A DNA stretch of 64,000 bases from Hormiphora californensis (lineage: Eukaryota > Animalia > Ctenophora). Of the stretch, positions 1-12,893 are shown one piece after another. Positions within the stretch are counted from its first letter, which is position 1; every line of letters starts with the position of its first letter. The notes beneath the pieces are model-generated. The model ran no database searches, was not told the origin of the DNA, and worked only from the letters and a program-made list of their open reading frames with translations. The position numbers were made by a program, and so were the translations under genes. The stretch covers positions 62,001 through 126,000 of the forward strand of contig CM035356.1 of assembly GCA_020137815.1 (NCBI GenBank). The letters run 5' to 3'.

Positions 1-297
1 CCCGGGCAAACTTCTTCATCGATAAAACCGCAGCCAACTTTTTCGGTCTTTCTATGGAGGTAGGGACCTATTAGAGCCTACTAGAAGTGAAAAAAAGGGC
101 ATAAAATTATGCCCTTTTTGTAATGTATGCCCTGACCAATAGGGTGTAACACGCAGAAGTAGGAATGAAATCAATGGATTTTACAAACGTCAAACGACAA
201 ACACAATACTTTTAATCAAATTTGGATTTCCTGTATCACACGACTTGTTCACTTTCCACCAACACTGCTCAATCGGGATCCCGAGAGCTACTATTAT

Positions 298-1449
298 TCA
301 CGGTCCAACTTTGTGTCGACACACAGGACACTCTGCTTTACGGCACAGCCAATTGTCGATGCAAACCGAATGAAAAGTATGAAAACATGGGAGAGTTCTA
401 ACAGTAACACCCTGATCAATCTCACAGAGACATATGTTACAACTTTGTTCCCCGTTGAACTTTGTGGTAACGGTGTTAGACGAGATATCAAGGGGAGAGA
501 GACCATGGCCAGGATCCAAATTGTTTTCATCCAACACCAGCATTTCCTCGTAACTCAAACTGTCATTTATATGGGGTACCATGAAGAGTTGGTTTATTAA
601 CGATTGAGATAAGGGAAATCCGTTTGCAATTACACGCGTTTGAATAGACGGGGATTGGTAATGGGGCCGTTGCTGTCGACGACCAGATCGCCCTCCCCTA
701 TAATTTCTACTACGGGTCCTACCAGATGACGTGGAGGGTTCTTGGTCACCGAGAACTACTACCTCTGAAATATTATCACTTCTTCTCGATCTATCAGATC
801 CCCTCCCGCTACCAGCTGCCGATCTATCAGATCCCCTCCCGCTACCAGCTGCCGATATATTAGATCCCCTCCCGCTACCAGCTGTCGATCTATCAGATCC
901 CCTCCCGCTACCAGCTGTCGATCTATCAGATCCCCTCCCGCTACCAGCTGTCGAGACTGTGCTAACAGACCTGCCTTCCGAAGGCGACCTACCAGTGTTT
1001 GTATTAGTGATGATAATTCCTCCGGATCGACCCTGTCTTATTTGACGTTGTCCGCCTACTGTCAACAAGGAATTATCCTGGGTCACGGCATCCTCGTCAT
1101 CAATACTTATTGCTCCTCTGTATTGAACTGCCCTTTGCTCTTCACGACTGTCCTCTATTAGAGAATCGAACAATACTGCAAGGTCTTCATTGTTTTCAGA
1201 GAATGCCGTGTTTAGAGCCGATGAAACTATGCTTTGAGTATCGGGGGACATGACACGCATTTCCTCGTTGTCAGAATCTGAATCGAGGATATGAACAGTG
1301 GTAGTTGGTCGAGAGGTTAAACTAACTGCGTTATTAGAAGTTAAGTTCTGTTCGGATTGGTGAAGTTCAAGCGCAGCAAGTTCGTCCTCTTCTGCTTGAA
1401 GGCGACGTGCCAGCTGCAAATCACTACTAGTAGTGTAGCTACTCATCAT
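298..1449 (-). CDS. Intronless RING-H2 E3 ubiquitin ligase-like protein (383 aa)
   Basis: C-terminal RING-H2 CNIC..LPCFHTFHSVCIDNWL..CPVC preceded by SYEEMLVLDE motif. N-terminal DLQLARRLQAEE resembles a ubiquitin-binding helix. Disordered middle. Confidence 0.85.
   Translation of the reverse strand: MMSSYTTSSDLQLARRLQAEEDELAALELHQSEQNLTSNNAVSLTSRPTTTVHILDSDSDNEEMRVMSPDTQSIVSSALNTAFSENNEDLAVLFDSLIEDSREEQRAVQYRGAISIDDEDAVTQDNSLLTVGGQRQIRQGRSGGIIITNTNTGRSPSEGRSVSTVSTAGSGRGSDRSTAGSGRGSDRSTAGSGRGSNISAAGSGRGSDRSAAGSGRGSDRSRRSDNISEVVVLGDQEPSTSSGRTRSRNYRGGRSGRRQQRPHYQSPSIQTRVIANGFPLSQSLINQLFMVPHINDSLSYEEMLVLDENNLDPGHGLSPLDISSNTVTTKFNGEQSCNICLCEIDQGVTVRTLPCFHTFHSVCIDNWLCRKAECPVCRHKVGP
787..953. repeat. 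33-bp coding tandem repeat (~5 copies) encoding (TAGSGRGSDRS)n
   Basis: Unit gatctatcagatcccctcccgctaccagctg(c/t)c repeated inside the RING ORF. Confidence 0.9.
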
Positions 1450-1616
1450 CTTCTTAGGAGTATTTCCTCTTCATGCAACACACACAGGATCATACTAAAA
1501 AATAATCGTATTCACAATTACGCCTGATGATTGGTTTCCCGTCAGGGATTCCATGAAACGTGTGTTGCGTCCTAAATACAGCTGTATTATTTCGTTGTAC
1601 ATAAAGAGATTTGAGT

Positions 1617-1731
1617 AAGAATTAAATAGGGAAGAAAACAAAAAATAGTGGGTTTAACCGGGAATCGACCCAGGGACCTTCAGAGAGGCATGCTCAGAGC
1701 TATACTACTAACCTACAATTTACTAAACCCC
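1617..1731 (-). mobile_element. tRNA-derived SINE-like element, copy A
   Basis: Minus strand GGGTTTA...TAGGTTAGTAG (A-box-like)...GGGTCGATTCCC (B-box)...TAAACCC, followed by tail ttttcttccctatttaattctt. Homologous to 20325-20438. Confidence 0.55.
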
Positions 1732-2239
1732 TTTGGTAGCATAATTATGCATATATGTACCAAAAAGAATAGATATTTAGTCCATAAACCAATTAAATAA
1801 ATTAGTTTGGATGCCCGGGCTCATGCCCGGGCTCACCTTTCCAGCCAACTAATTTCAGTTAGTTTTTGGCATAATTGGGGCATATTTTTGGTATTTTCTG
1901 ATGTGAAATACGATGTAAGACATGTCTGGACGTGTAAAGACCGTCAGGAATCGCTAAAATACGAACATTTCAATTTTGACGTCATTATGACGTCATAGCG
2001 TGAAGTCACGACGTTATAACGTCATAATAGAGATGTATTATTATCAGACTCATCTAGATAAAGATGCTGACCAAGTTTGAGATCGATTGGATAAGATTTG
2101 AGGTCGTTATGGCAAAAAACGTACTATCGTCACATCTATTTTCATACAGTCTTAACACATCAGACGCGATATGAGACCCTTAGAAATATAGTTTCACAAA
2201 TTCGTGATATAGTTTCTGAAAGAATAGACTATTATCTTT

Positions 2240-3033
2240 TAGTAGAGTCGATAACTACATCGACCTCTCCCAATTGTTCCAGTTTTTGTCACATCTGTTT
2301 GGAGCCTCGACACGACCTCTAAACAGGTGTTACTTTTTCACAAACTGTTTTCATCTTGGTGTAATCAGCAGTTGAAATGTTGCTGATCATAACAAAAACC
2401 CAACTATTTTTTTTTCAACTTGGGGTAGAACCATGGGTGTCAAAAGTTAGCTCTAGGTCCCCTGAGTAACCATCCGGAGACTCTAAGAGATATTTCAAGC
2501 CGTTCTCCCGTAATCATTAATCCCGGTGGAGAAAAAAACACAATGCGGACGTACGTGAGCGCTGGCAGGCTGTTTACATGTTATTGTATGTCTCTCACTC
2601 TCTCTGGAAAAACCGCACGTGCGGTTGCGCCGCGCGAGATAACTCTTTCTCAAGGGGGAGAAAAGAGAGAGACGCACATTAACGTTATACATAAAAGTTG
2701 AGGTTGTAGGCAATTGCACGTACGTCCATACTCAAATATGTGCTCTACCGGGATTAATGATTACAGGAGAACGGCTTGAAATATCTCTTAGAGTCTCCGG
2801 ATGGTTACTCAGGGGACCTAGAGCTAACTTTTGACACCCATGGTTTTACCCCAAGTTGAAAAAAAATAGTGAAGTTTTTGTTATGATCAGCAACATTTCA
2901 ACTGCTGATTACACCAAGATGAAAACAGTTTGTGAAAAAGTAACACCTGTTTAGAGGTCGTGTCGAGGCTCCAAACAGATGTGACAAAAACTGGAACAAT
3001 TGGGAGAGGTCGATGTAGTTATCGACTCTACTA
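2240..3033. mobile_element. Foldback MITE with ~290-bp inverted arms
   Basis: TAGTAGAGTCGATAACTACATCG... at 2240 is mirrored by ...CGATGTAGTTATCGACTCTACTA ending at 3033. Confidence 0.8.
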
Positions 3034-3945
3034 TTTCGTAAGTGTGGTCTCCGTTTTTGAATCAGAAGCCTTCTTCAGGGTGTAAATTGAGCTCAAAGAA
3101 ATTTGGTTGATTTTGCGAGGCCCATAGCGAAGCTCCCACTCCACCAATCGGTCTGAAATTTGGTATACAGTGTCACGTAGACTAGATCTACTGTAGTTCA
3201 AAAGGGCAAATCTTTATCTCTTTTATTTTCAGAGTTATGACATGGTGAAAAAAGCAATAAATATCCCGGGTCTATATAAACATCACTGCGCTGGCAAGCG
3301 CAAAGGTTGCCATCCCCCCCCCCCCCTAAAGCACTGCCAGAAACGCAGTTATACGTTTTATGGGTGTTTGGCTGAAAAACCGGATTTCAGAAGGCTATAG
3401 CGTTGCTCCCTTTCATCCGATTGACTTGAAATTTGGAATGTATACCCGGCTTGGGGTATTTTACTTAAGTTTAAAATTTCAAGTCTCTATGTCATCTGGG
3501 TCCGAAGTTACAGACCGGTCCCGTTTACTGAAGATTCAGTGTAACGGATGTGTATGCATGCGCGCATAGGAGAGATGCTTTTTCCGGTCCCAGTTCTGAA
3601 CAAACAGAAAAAGATAGAGACTTCTCGTTTTCACTAGCTTGTAGATCTACTCAAATATTGTGTTATTAGCAGGGTGATGTTTTCCATCATCCCCAGGAAC
3701 GTCCTACAGAACGTCTTAAAGTCGTCACTTTTGATACACTGGCTAAACTTCTTTGAGCTCAATTTACACCCTGAAGACGGATACTAATCGAAAAACGAAG
3801 ACTATATGATGGAAAGAAAATTGTCTGAACTTACAGAAACTATATCGTGAATTTTCAAAACTAGATGTATAAGGGTCTTAAAACGCGTGTTATGACTGTT
3901 TAAAATTAGATATGACGATATGGGTTTTTCGCCATAGCGGGCTCA

Positions 3946-5234
3946 TATGGACATGATCATAAAGTCGGGACACTTTTACAATGTTTAAAAAAATGTGGAT
4001 TTTGAGTTTTAAATTTGGTTTTTTCACCTGGCTGAGTAATCTGATCCACCAAAAATTGTCACTAGATAAAAATTGTGAAAACTAGAATTTTAAAGCTTAA
4101 TTATGCTTTGTTTTATAAGGCTTTAAAGTATGTGGATCAGAAACGTGTGGATCAGCATACTCAACCGAGTTAGGTTGATGGTACGTCCTTGAAACTTTGT
4201 GGAATGATAGATGGTATAGTAACAAATTGATTGGCATGGGTAAATGTACAAAATATGCTCAACCAATGTGGATTTTTTTCAATTTTCTCATAAAATGCGA
4301 CTCAACCGGAGGTTTATGACAAAGTTTCGGGTCCCGATTATTCTCAAAAGTTTCGTAAATCGATCCGACATTAGATCATATCCAAATTTTTTTTCAAGCA
4401 ATGACTCAACTCTTGTGGATCACCACTTTTGTGACCGTTGCTCAAAGTCAGTATATAATGAACCATTCTTGGCAGTCTAACTTATAGGCATTATTTGTGG
4501 ATCATATGGGAAATCTATGCATCAAAACAGTGTGTACTAGCTGGGAAATACATACCAAAACTTAATGTGGAGTGGAATAATGGATTCTGACTCAACCATT
4601 GTGGATCAAAAGTAAAATTTCTCAGAAAAAAAATGATCCACATGGAATGAGTTTTCTATTTGAGTTGTAAAAAGGTCTAGTAGCCATTGCCACCAATACA
4701 GGTGATTAAAATTCCATTTTTAGCTGAAAAGTTTTAAAAGTGAGGTTTTAAAACGGTGATCCACACCGGTTGAGTCGTCCTATTCTTCCACCTTTGCCAA
4801 ATATGGAAACTTTAGACAATTTCCAAAAAGATGAGCCCTGAATTACTTGTCTATGAGAATTCTATAGACCCTTTTTCGCTTCCCAAAGTTCAAGGGTCTC
4901 CAGATCCACATAGGTTGAGTAATTAACAACTCAACCGACCCTAATAAGCTAGTCATGACGATTATCTATAATACTCGTTGGACTAAAACTAAAATGGTGG
5001 TAACTGTGGTTCTGTATTTCAATATTTACAAATGTTGTCCTGAGATCCACTTCGGTTGAGTAATCGTATTTTTTATTATCAAATATTGTATTTTAATCAT
5101 ATTTTTATCTGCTCCCAAATTTTTAAGTTGTTTGGATGAATAAAAGTACCATAATTATTAGCTTTAAAAAATTTGGTCGATATTTTTCAACTTTGAAATT
5201 TCAAAAATGTCCCGACTTTATGATCATGACCATA
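3946..5234. mobile_element. Non-autonomous TIR DNA transposon nested in the HINE-like element
   Basis: TATGG(A/T)CATGATCATAAAGTCGGGACA TIRs. It interrupts sequence that is contiguous in the copy near 30300-30360. Confidence 0.75.
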
Positions 5235-5432
5235 TATGAGATATATCTCATCCAATCAATCTCAAACTTGGTCAGTATCGTCATCTAGGTAATCCCGATG
5301 ATAGTACGTCATCATTATGACGTCATAACGTCGTGACGTCGTGTTATGACGTCAAAATGACGTCAAAAATGAAAAATTTTCAATTTCGCGATTCAAATTT
5401 CGCGATTCAAATTTCGCAATTCAATTCTACTA

Positions 5433-5593
5433 CAGTCGGACCCCGATTTAGGGGGCCCCGATTTAGTGGCACCCCGATTTAGGGACTGGATTTTTTCCCC
5501 CGATATACGAAAATTAACATTATTTGAACCCGATTTAGTGGACACCCCGATTTAGTGGACCCCCGAGGGTGTCCCAAAATCGGGGTCCGACTG
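5433..5593. mobile_element. Tc1/mariner (pogo/Tigger-like) MITE
   Basis: TA|CAGTCGGACCCCGATTT...GGGGTCCGACTG|TA. The empty site ctacTAcatgtaaatgg is seen in the paralog near 30140-30160. Confidence 0.85.
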
Positions 5594-6035
5594 TACATCT
5601 AAATGGATAAAAAAATCCCAAAAATTATGCATATTATACCAAAGCTAAATGAAATTAGTGGGCCGGAAAGGTTGCCCTACTACTTATTTGAGCTACCTTT
5701 GGCACCATTACATTCCCTTGTGAAGATAGACGAAGCTTCTGTACCCTGGCTGTACCCTGTGAATGTCAAAATGGCAAAGGTAGCTCAAATAGTAGGGCAA
5801 CCTTTCCGGCCCGGCCCACTAATTTCAATAAGTTTTGGTATAATCCATATACTTATACATACATAGACCTTAAAAACTTCCGTTGTTTTTAATTCATACA
5901 TAGATCTATATATGGGGAAGTAATTTTGATATCTCCTTCTGGTGATCAACACACACACACGCCCTCTGTACAACAGTTTAATGGGGAATCTCACACATAC
6001 ACGGGCAGAACTCGGTTAAGGAGAGATTAATTAGT

Positions 6036-6233
6036 ATGGAGGCGAGACACTGTGTTGAGACGCGCACCATTGCGACGCGCATTGCGACGCGCATTTTGGT
6101 ATTGCGACGCGCACATGCGCGTCGCAATGCTTAAATGCGCGTCGCAAAGCCAAAATGCGCGTCGCAATGCGCGTCGCAAAGCCAAAATGCGTGTCGCAAT
6201 GGTGCGCGTCTCAACACAGTGTCTCGCCTCCAT
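6036..6233. mobile_element. Palindromic MITE with TGCGACGCGCAT internal repeats
   Basis: ATGGAGGCGAGACACTGTGTTGAGACGCG / CGCGTCTCAACACAGTGTCTCGCCTCCAT inverted ends. Confidence 0.7.
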
Positions 6234-6325
6234 TCTGAATAATGAGTTCAGAGCAAGAATTAAATAGGGAAGAAAAATCGATTTTTCTTCCCTATTTAAT
6301 TCTTGCTCTGAACTCATTATTCAGA
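6234..6325. repeat. Perfect 92-bp palindrome with no spacer
   Basis: 6234-6279 is the exact reverse complement of 6280-6325. Confidence 0.9.
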
Positions 6326-6329
6326 GATC

Positions 6330-6331
6330 TA

Positions 6332-6424
<93 letters not shown>
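6330..6424. repeat. (TA)n microsatellite
   Basis: Direct reading. Confidence 0.95.
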
Positions 6425-6483
6425 GCAAAAACTGATTAAATTGAAATTAGTTCACCAGAAAGGTGGCCCATTTTGAACTTACT

Positions 6484-6899
6484 TAGCTTTCTGAGCATTT
6501 TGCGTTTTTGCCGCTCAAAATCGACCCACCCATCACTGAGATATTTTTGTTATGTTGGGAGAACTCCTGTTTAATCAGTATGTATAAAACAGAAAAGAAA
6601 AAATCGTGGTGTTTTACTGAAACATTCTGAATATAAGCAGTGAGGTTGACATGTCTATGCACAGAAGCAGGGCAATGCAAGCCAGCATATTCAAAATTTA
6701 AAGAATGTGTTAGTAAAACACAAGGATTGTTTCTATCCCGTTTGATAAATATTGATCCAACAGGAATTCTCCCAACATAACAAAAATATCTCAGTGATGG
6801 GTGGGTCGATTTTGAGCGGCAAAAACGCAAAATGCTCAGAAAGCTAATCTCTACTACCTACAACAATTTTATCAAATTCTGATTCGGTCCACTCTCACT
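6484..6899. mobile_element. Kolobok-like MITE, left-truncated
   Basis: Same family as 10927-11352 and 34328-34746. Ends CCACTCTCACT|TTAA. Confidence 0.7.
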
Positions 6900-7205
6900 T
6901 TAAGACTGTATGAAAATAGATATGACGATAATGCGTTTTTCGCCATAGCGACCTCAAATCTTGTCCAATCGATCTCAAACTTGGTTAGCATCACAATGAC
7001 GTCAAAGTTGAAATTTTCGTACTTTAGAGATTCCTGACGGTCTTTACAAGTTCTGCTACATCCAGACATGTCTTACATCGTATTTCACATCAGAAAATAC
7101 CAAAAATGAACCTAAATTATGCCAAAAACTAAAAGAAATTAGTTGGCTGGAAAGGTGACCACTTTTGTTGTCAAACTGACACCTTTGCCCGGCCCGGGTT
7201 ACGGA

Positions 7206-7313
<108 letters not shown>

Positions 7314-7452
7314 TCATAGTGATTAGAGAGGGAAATTAATAATAAACATGTATATTTCTAACATGAATAGTTGTAAAAGTCAAAAAATCCAGATTCATCT
7401 AACAAACAGTTCTGATACTTGCAAAAATGAAATACGACCTTGCATCAAATCT

Positions 7453-9869
7453 TTAGTTTTGTTTAAAGTTAGCGGGTGGAGTAAAAATACCGCCGACCTT
7501 GCTAACGGCACGGGATGGAGCAAATCCTAGTATCTTCTGAATATTCTGTGGGGGGGGAGAAACTCATTGGAATGAAGGTAGTTTAAATTGAATCATGCGG
7601 AACAATTAGTTGATAGTGGTTTATGAACAGCTGAGACGATCAATTGGTTAATTTCTCACAACAATAATTATTGATTGTCTCAGTCTGTCCATAAACAAAT
7701 GAACAAATTAATTATCATACAGTCGGACCCCGATTTAGGGACACCCTCGGGGGGAAAGGCTCTTGTCCACTAAATCGGTGTTCGACTGTCTAATTTGCAG
7801 TGCGACAGTGGATACTGTTGCACTTGCCAGAACTAAGCTCCTTTTCCTCGGGGTAATATACCTGTCTTATGCTCATAGTACAGAGAATGTAAAGGAAGAT
7901 GAAGGAGCAATCAGTATAATCATCACCAGATAAGTTCCTGTGCGATATTCCTTGAATAAAGGAAATGGGAGTGAATGGCAACTTGCCAACCACTCGGCCA
8001 TCGAAACTGAAAAGTTAACAAGGATGATAAAAAGATATAATCGGAGTCGGAACAAGACTGAAAGCTCGCTTAAAGTGACAGGGACACGAAACCGAAAGTT
8101 AGAATAGTGTCTAAATATATTGTGTGTAACATTCCTTGGTTTCCAATTAAAAGTTTGGTGAAAAGATGACGTCTCAATGTTGTGTTTGAAATTCAGAATT
8201 AACTAGGAACACGCATGCATGTGCAAGCTTCAAACACAAGTTAGAATCGGTTAGAAGCATGGGACCTTCACCAACTTGTTTGTTTTGACCCAAGGAACAC
8301 TTCTAACTTGTGTTTGAAGCTTGCACGTGCATGTACGTTCCAAATTAATTTTGAATTTCAAACACAACAATGAGACGTCATCTTTTCACCAAACTTTTAA
8401 TTGGACACCAAGGAATGTTACACACAATAAGTTTAGATATTATTCCAATTGTTGTTATCGTACACCTCTCACTTTAAGTTTCAATACGATTTTTATTATA
8501 CTAGATAAAAAGATAGTAATCAGTACAGAGTAGAGACACCTATAATCCCTGGAAAATGACTCAGGCTGTTCTTATACACGTTACCGTTTACCGTAGTCTC
8601 ACGAGCATAGCAAGCAGTGCAGGAAACGCGAGTTACAAGTGATTCCATGCTTCCACTGTGTGCGGCTGGGTTGGTTTTAGATGTTGGGACACATTATGAA
8701 GGCGGACCAAATTTGCAAACATAGCAGGAAAAATTGTGCAGCGGGCACCTTGAACCGCCTTAGTCATTTTCCAGGGACTATAATAACTAATTATATATTC
8801 GGGGCCTGGCAAGGCCCCCCGACCCGAATATAACCCAAACTCAACCCATCCCCACTAAAACATCCCCCCTAAAACTAAAACAACGGGGCCGAGCCGACAG
8901 GCCCTTAATACCAGATGAAAAAAAAACCATAAACCATAAAACCATAACCATAGATATTTTTAGAGTGAAAGTTTTGAAGCCCCCTGAAGTAGTAGAGAGG
9001 TGTTCTATGGCTCGTTGGAAAGGTCTCGAGGTCCCGCGACGTATAGGGGGTGCGGCGATGGCCGTACCCAAACCCATAAGGGGTAGGACGCGAAAAACAG
9101 TCAAAATAAGGGGTATGCAGATCTCGGCAATTAGAAGGAGTAGACAGGTGTTCTAGGGTGCGTTAGAAAGCTCTCGAGGTGCTGAAGTAATTGGAATGTA
9201 ATTGGAAGTAATTACATGTAATTAAAATGTAATTAGATGTAATTAAAGGGTAATTACATGTAATTAAAAGGTCTAAATGACCCCAAATGATAATTTAAAT
9301 ATATTTTGACATATTTTGAGGCCCTGAGACCAACGGGTGGCCAAATTTAATCTGGTTTCGGGTCGGCTGACGTAAAAACTCCGCGTTTTGGTCGAGTAAC
9401 CATAAACCATAACCATAAACCATAGATATTTTTAGAGTGAAAGTTTTGAAGCCCCCTGAAGTAGTAGAGAGGTGTTCTATGGCTCGTTGGAAAGGTCTCG
9501 AGGTCCCGCGACGTATAGGGGGTGTGGCGATGGCCATACCCAAACCTATAAGGGGTAGGACGCGAAAAACAGTCAAAATAAGGGGTATGCAGATCTCGGC
9601 AATTAGAAGGAGTAGAAAAGTGTTCTATGGTGCGTTCGAAAGCTCTCGAGGTGCTGAAGTAATTGGAATGTAATTGGAAGTAATTACATGTAATTAAAAT
9701 GTAATTACATGTAATTAAAGGGTAATTACATGTAATTAAAAGGTCTGCATGATCCCAAATGATAATTTAAACATATTTTGACGTATTTTGAGGCCCTGAG
9801 ACCAGCGGGTGGCCAAATTTAATCCGGTTTCGGGTCGGCTGACGTAAAAACTCCGCGTTTTGGTCGAGG

Positions 9870-9908
<39 letters not shown>

Positions 9909-10811
9909 CATATATAAATATGTACATTGAGTTGAACATCCCCATAAGACTAGTGAAGATGAACCCAATTACTATCATGGACTGCATTTTCACATAACTC
10001 AGATCCCTCTTTTCACTCTTTAGTCGTTCTTCTTCTTTCTCTATCTTCTTTTTGTGGCCGGGCTGTCGGCTGATATCAGTCACTGTTTCCTTCTTTTTAT
10101 CAACTTAAAAAGAAAAGTATGAGTGAATTGTATAAGGTGAGTCACTGGCCACAGCACAGGGAGAAGACACACTGAAGTATATTGGTCGCTCCTATTAAGA
10201 TCAACCAAAGTGTTGTCCATGACGAAGCACCACTATAAGTCTGGAATTACATACGTTTTTTAGTCTGCTTTTCGATACTAGCTTTCAGTTTTTTGTACTT
10301 CTCTGTTCGATAAACCAGAATGTAGGTCACACCTGTGAAGTATTGATATTTTAGGTTGAGTTTAACACTATAGAGGTGGGGGCGGCACCACGAGAATTCC
10401 AGCCCTGTTTGCGATTGAGATTTTTGAGGCAAATTTGTATTTAAACAAGAATAATTGCGATTATATGGTACCATACCGCCTGATTCCTCCGCCTCAAAAA
10501 TGTATAGGAAACAGTTCAAGAATTACAATACATAATAGCATCTTTATGTCACAGCATGCGATGACAAAAAGGAATGAATGCTTGCACGCAAAATCTCCTA
10601 CTGCCCGGGTGAATTCCAAAGAAATTCGCCCAAGCAGGGAAAAAAGAATCCCTACTTACATACCAATACCCTCCATACCAACATCCCCCATACCACATAT
10701 AGGTATGAAAAACAATCCAATACTCGTAGAAGTTGGAACAATATACATACCCTCTGCAAAAAATGCTGTGCAGATGGAGATACCGACGATAAGTAGAGTA
10801 TCTGCAAACAT
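7453..10811 (-). CDS. TMCO1: Transmembrane and coiled-coil domain protein 1 (ER Ca2+ load-activated channel / GEL complex), 5 exons
   Basis: Exons 10811-10751, 10332-10255, 10103-9926, 8006-7862, 7545-7453, all GT-AG and in frame. MFADTLLIVGISICTAFFAEGVTYILVYRTEKYKKLK...LMGMFNSIFDGRVVGKLPFTP...DCSFIFLYILCTMSIRQNIQKILGFAPSRA matches TMCO1. Confidence 0.95.
8074..8473. mobile_element. Kolobok-like MITE in TMCO1 intron
   Basis: TTAA|AGTGA...TCACT|TTAA with long inverted arms. A related partial copy lies at ~11505-11690. Confidence 0.75.
8794..9870 (+). mobile_element. Interspersed repeat in two tandem ~472-bp units (probable rolling-circle/HINE-like)
   Basis: 8965-9400 is duplicated at 9437-9870, with (AAACCAT)n and GTAATTACAT subrepeats. 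Further copies at ~48817-49180 and (reverse) ~11356-11480. Confidence 0.6.
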
Positions 10812-10926
10812 GCCTAAAGGGTTATTACTTTAAGTTGCATCCAATTTGGACCCGAAACCGTCTAAGGACATCCAAATATTATCACAATATGTTTAAATTT
10901 TAATTTGTGGTCATTTAAACACTAAA

Positions 10927-11352
10927 AGTGAGAGTGGACAAAATCAGAATTGGACAAGTTTGTTGGAGGTTGTAGAGATTAGTTATATGAACATTTTGCC
11001 TTTTTGCCGCTCAAAATCGACCCATCCATCACTTAGATAATTTTGTTACTCTCGGGGAATTCCTGTACACAGGTTTTACTAGCACATTCTGAACATAAGC
11101 AGTGAGGTTGACATGCCCATACACAGAAGCAAAGCAATGCAAGTCAGCATATTAAAAATTTAAAGAAAGTGTTCGTAAAACACAAGGATTGTTTCTATCC
11201 TGTTTGATAAATATTGATCCAGCAGAATTCCCCGAGAGTAACAAAAATATTTCAGTAATGGATGGGTTGATTTTGAGCGGCAAAAAGCTCATAGAACTCA
11301 TTTCTACTACCTCCAACAAACTTGTCCAATTCTGATTCTGCCCACTGTCACT
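10927..11352. mobile_element. Kolobok-like MITE just upstream of TMCO1
   Basis: AGTGAGAGTGGAC...CCACTGTCACT|TTAA with long imperfect inverted arms. Confidence 0.75.
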
Positions 11353-12410
11353 TTAAATTACCCTTTAATTACATGTAAATACATTTTAATTACACGTAAT
11401 TACTTTCAAATACATTCCAATTACATGCACTAGTTTCAGGACCTCGAGAGCTTTATAACGCACCACCCTAAAGGCTAAAACACATTTCTACTCACGGTGT
11501 CTAAAGTGAGAGGTGCACAAAAACGAAATTTGGAATAATGTCTAAACTAATTGTTTGTTACATTCCTTGTCCAATTAAAGGTTTTGTGAAAAGATGACGT
11601 CTCTATGTTGTGTTTGAAATTCTTTCATAACTAGGAATTTGAATGCCTGTGCAGGCTTCAAACACAAGTTAGAAGCATGGGACCTTCACTTAAGTACTCC
11701 GAACCAACTTAAGCACTCCGAACCAACTTAAGCACTCCGAACCAACTTTGCTAAAGCTGGCACCAATCAAACAGTTTAAACAATATCGTTACATTTTTTT
11801 GCGTAAATTACAGAAAAATGGTACATATTTCTTATCCATAGCTAGGAGTAAGCGAATTACTCATATTGTTCGGTGTAAATGGTGGTTGAATTGATTGAAT
11901 TTTTAAAATTGCATTTAACACCCTTCTTTGGTACCATTTTATGAGTAAATTGATACTAAACTGTTGCAAATATAATAAACAGCCACCTTAGCTAAATAAA
12001 ACTACCAAATTTTACTCAAATTGTGCGGGGTGGCTAAAAATAGCATTCATCTTTAACCTGCTGTAGCACCGCACTAAATGAGTAAACAGTTCTCAAAGTG
12101 GTTGGATACAGTTCCTATCACCGATAACTACTGTATCTACCATGTTTTTGATCTGTTTACTCAAAAATTGCGGCTCTTTTGACTGTTGGCTAAAATCAAC
12201 CTTGTTTTCAGGTCTCGTGCCGCACAATATGAGTAACTGAGAGTACCAGTTATCGCCTTATCATACTCATAATTGTTCAAAGGAGATATGTACAAAAACT
12301 CAAACATTAATTTACTCATTTTACACTTTAGGAGTAAGATTTGCGGTAGAAAATAGCCGTGTGCCGCACAATATGAGTAAATTTTTCCCCCGAAACCTAG
12401 CCTAAAGTCC

Positions 12411-12631
12411 AATTTTTTATTTAAGCGACAGGCCGCCGCGCATCAAAATGCAGCGCTTGAAATCGATTTCCGGTTCCTGATAAGCTAGCGACTTTTTCTT
12501 GGCGCCATTGGAAAGATAAAAATTTTATCTTTCCAACGCAACCAGGATCAAGTCTTTATCTTATCAGGAACCGGAGATATGGCCAATTAACTAATTGAGT
12601 GCGCGGCGGCCTGTCGCTTAAATAAAAAATT
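12411..12631. mobile_element. Palindromic MITE
   Basis: AATTTTTTATTTAAGCGACAGGCCGCCGCGCA / TGCGCGGCGGCCTGTCGCTTAAATAAAAAATT. Confidence 0.65.
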
Positions 12632-12893
12632 CGACTATATTCTTTTACAAAAAATATTTACAATGATTTCTGAAATTTCAAAAGGTCAATCATAACTAGA
12701 GCAACATGAGAGCCCTGTGCCGCAATTTTAAACCGCACTGATGATTTAGCTTGTATCTCTGAAGTCTGAAAGCCGTTGAATAAGAGTAACCGTTTTTTCA
12801 CTATAGACTATAGTAAAGTTCAAAGAATTAAATGCACTTAAATCGCATATATAATGAGTGACCATAGACCAATGACCATCCAAGCCGTGTGGT

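Larger units (their letters stand above)
3283..5843 (-). mobile_element. Non-autonomous Helitron/Helentron-type (HINE-like) element carrying two nested insertions
   Basis: Homologous to 29912-31003. One end is TCACTGCGCTGGCAAGCGC (hairpin) plus sub-TIR AAAGGTTGCC. The other end is a ~210-bp palindrome ending GGTATAA. Flanked by A and T. Confidence 0.7.

Noticed and set aside
1617-1731. Functional tRNA gene (also 20325-20438)
   Set aside because: A/B boxes are present but the cloverleaf and anticodon arm are irregular, and both copies share a non-tRNA tail. Treated as SINE-like.
1-1819. CCCGGGCA/TGCCCGGG as TIRs enclosing the RING gene
   Set aside because: Only 8 bp match and the left flank is outside the window, so a TSD cannot be tested.
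8841-9673. Duplicated small ORFs (MKVLKPPEVVERC...)
   Set aside because: They lie within a tandemly duplicated interspersed repeat in a TMCO1 intron and show no protein features.
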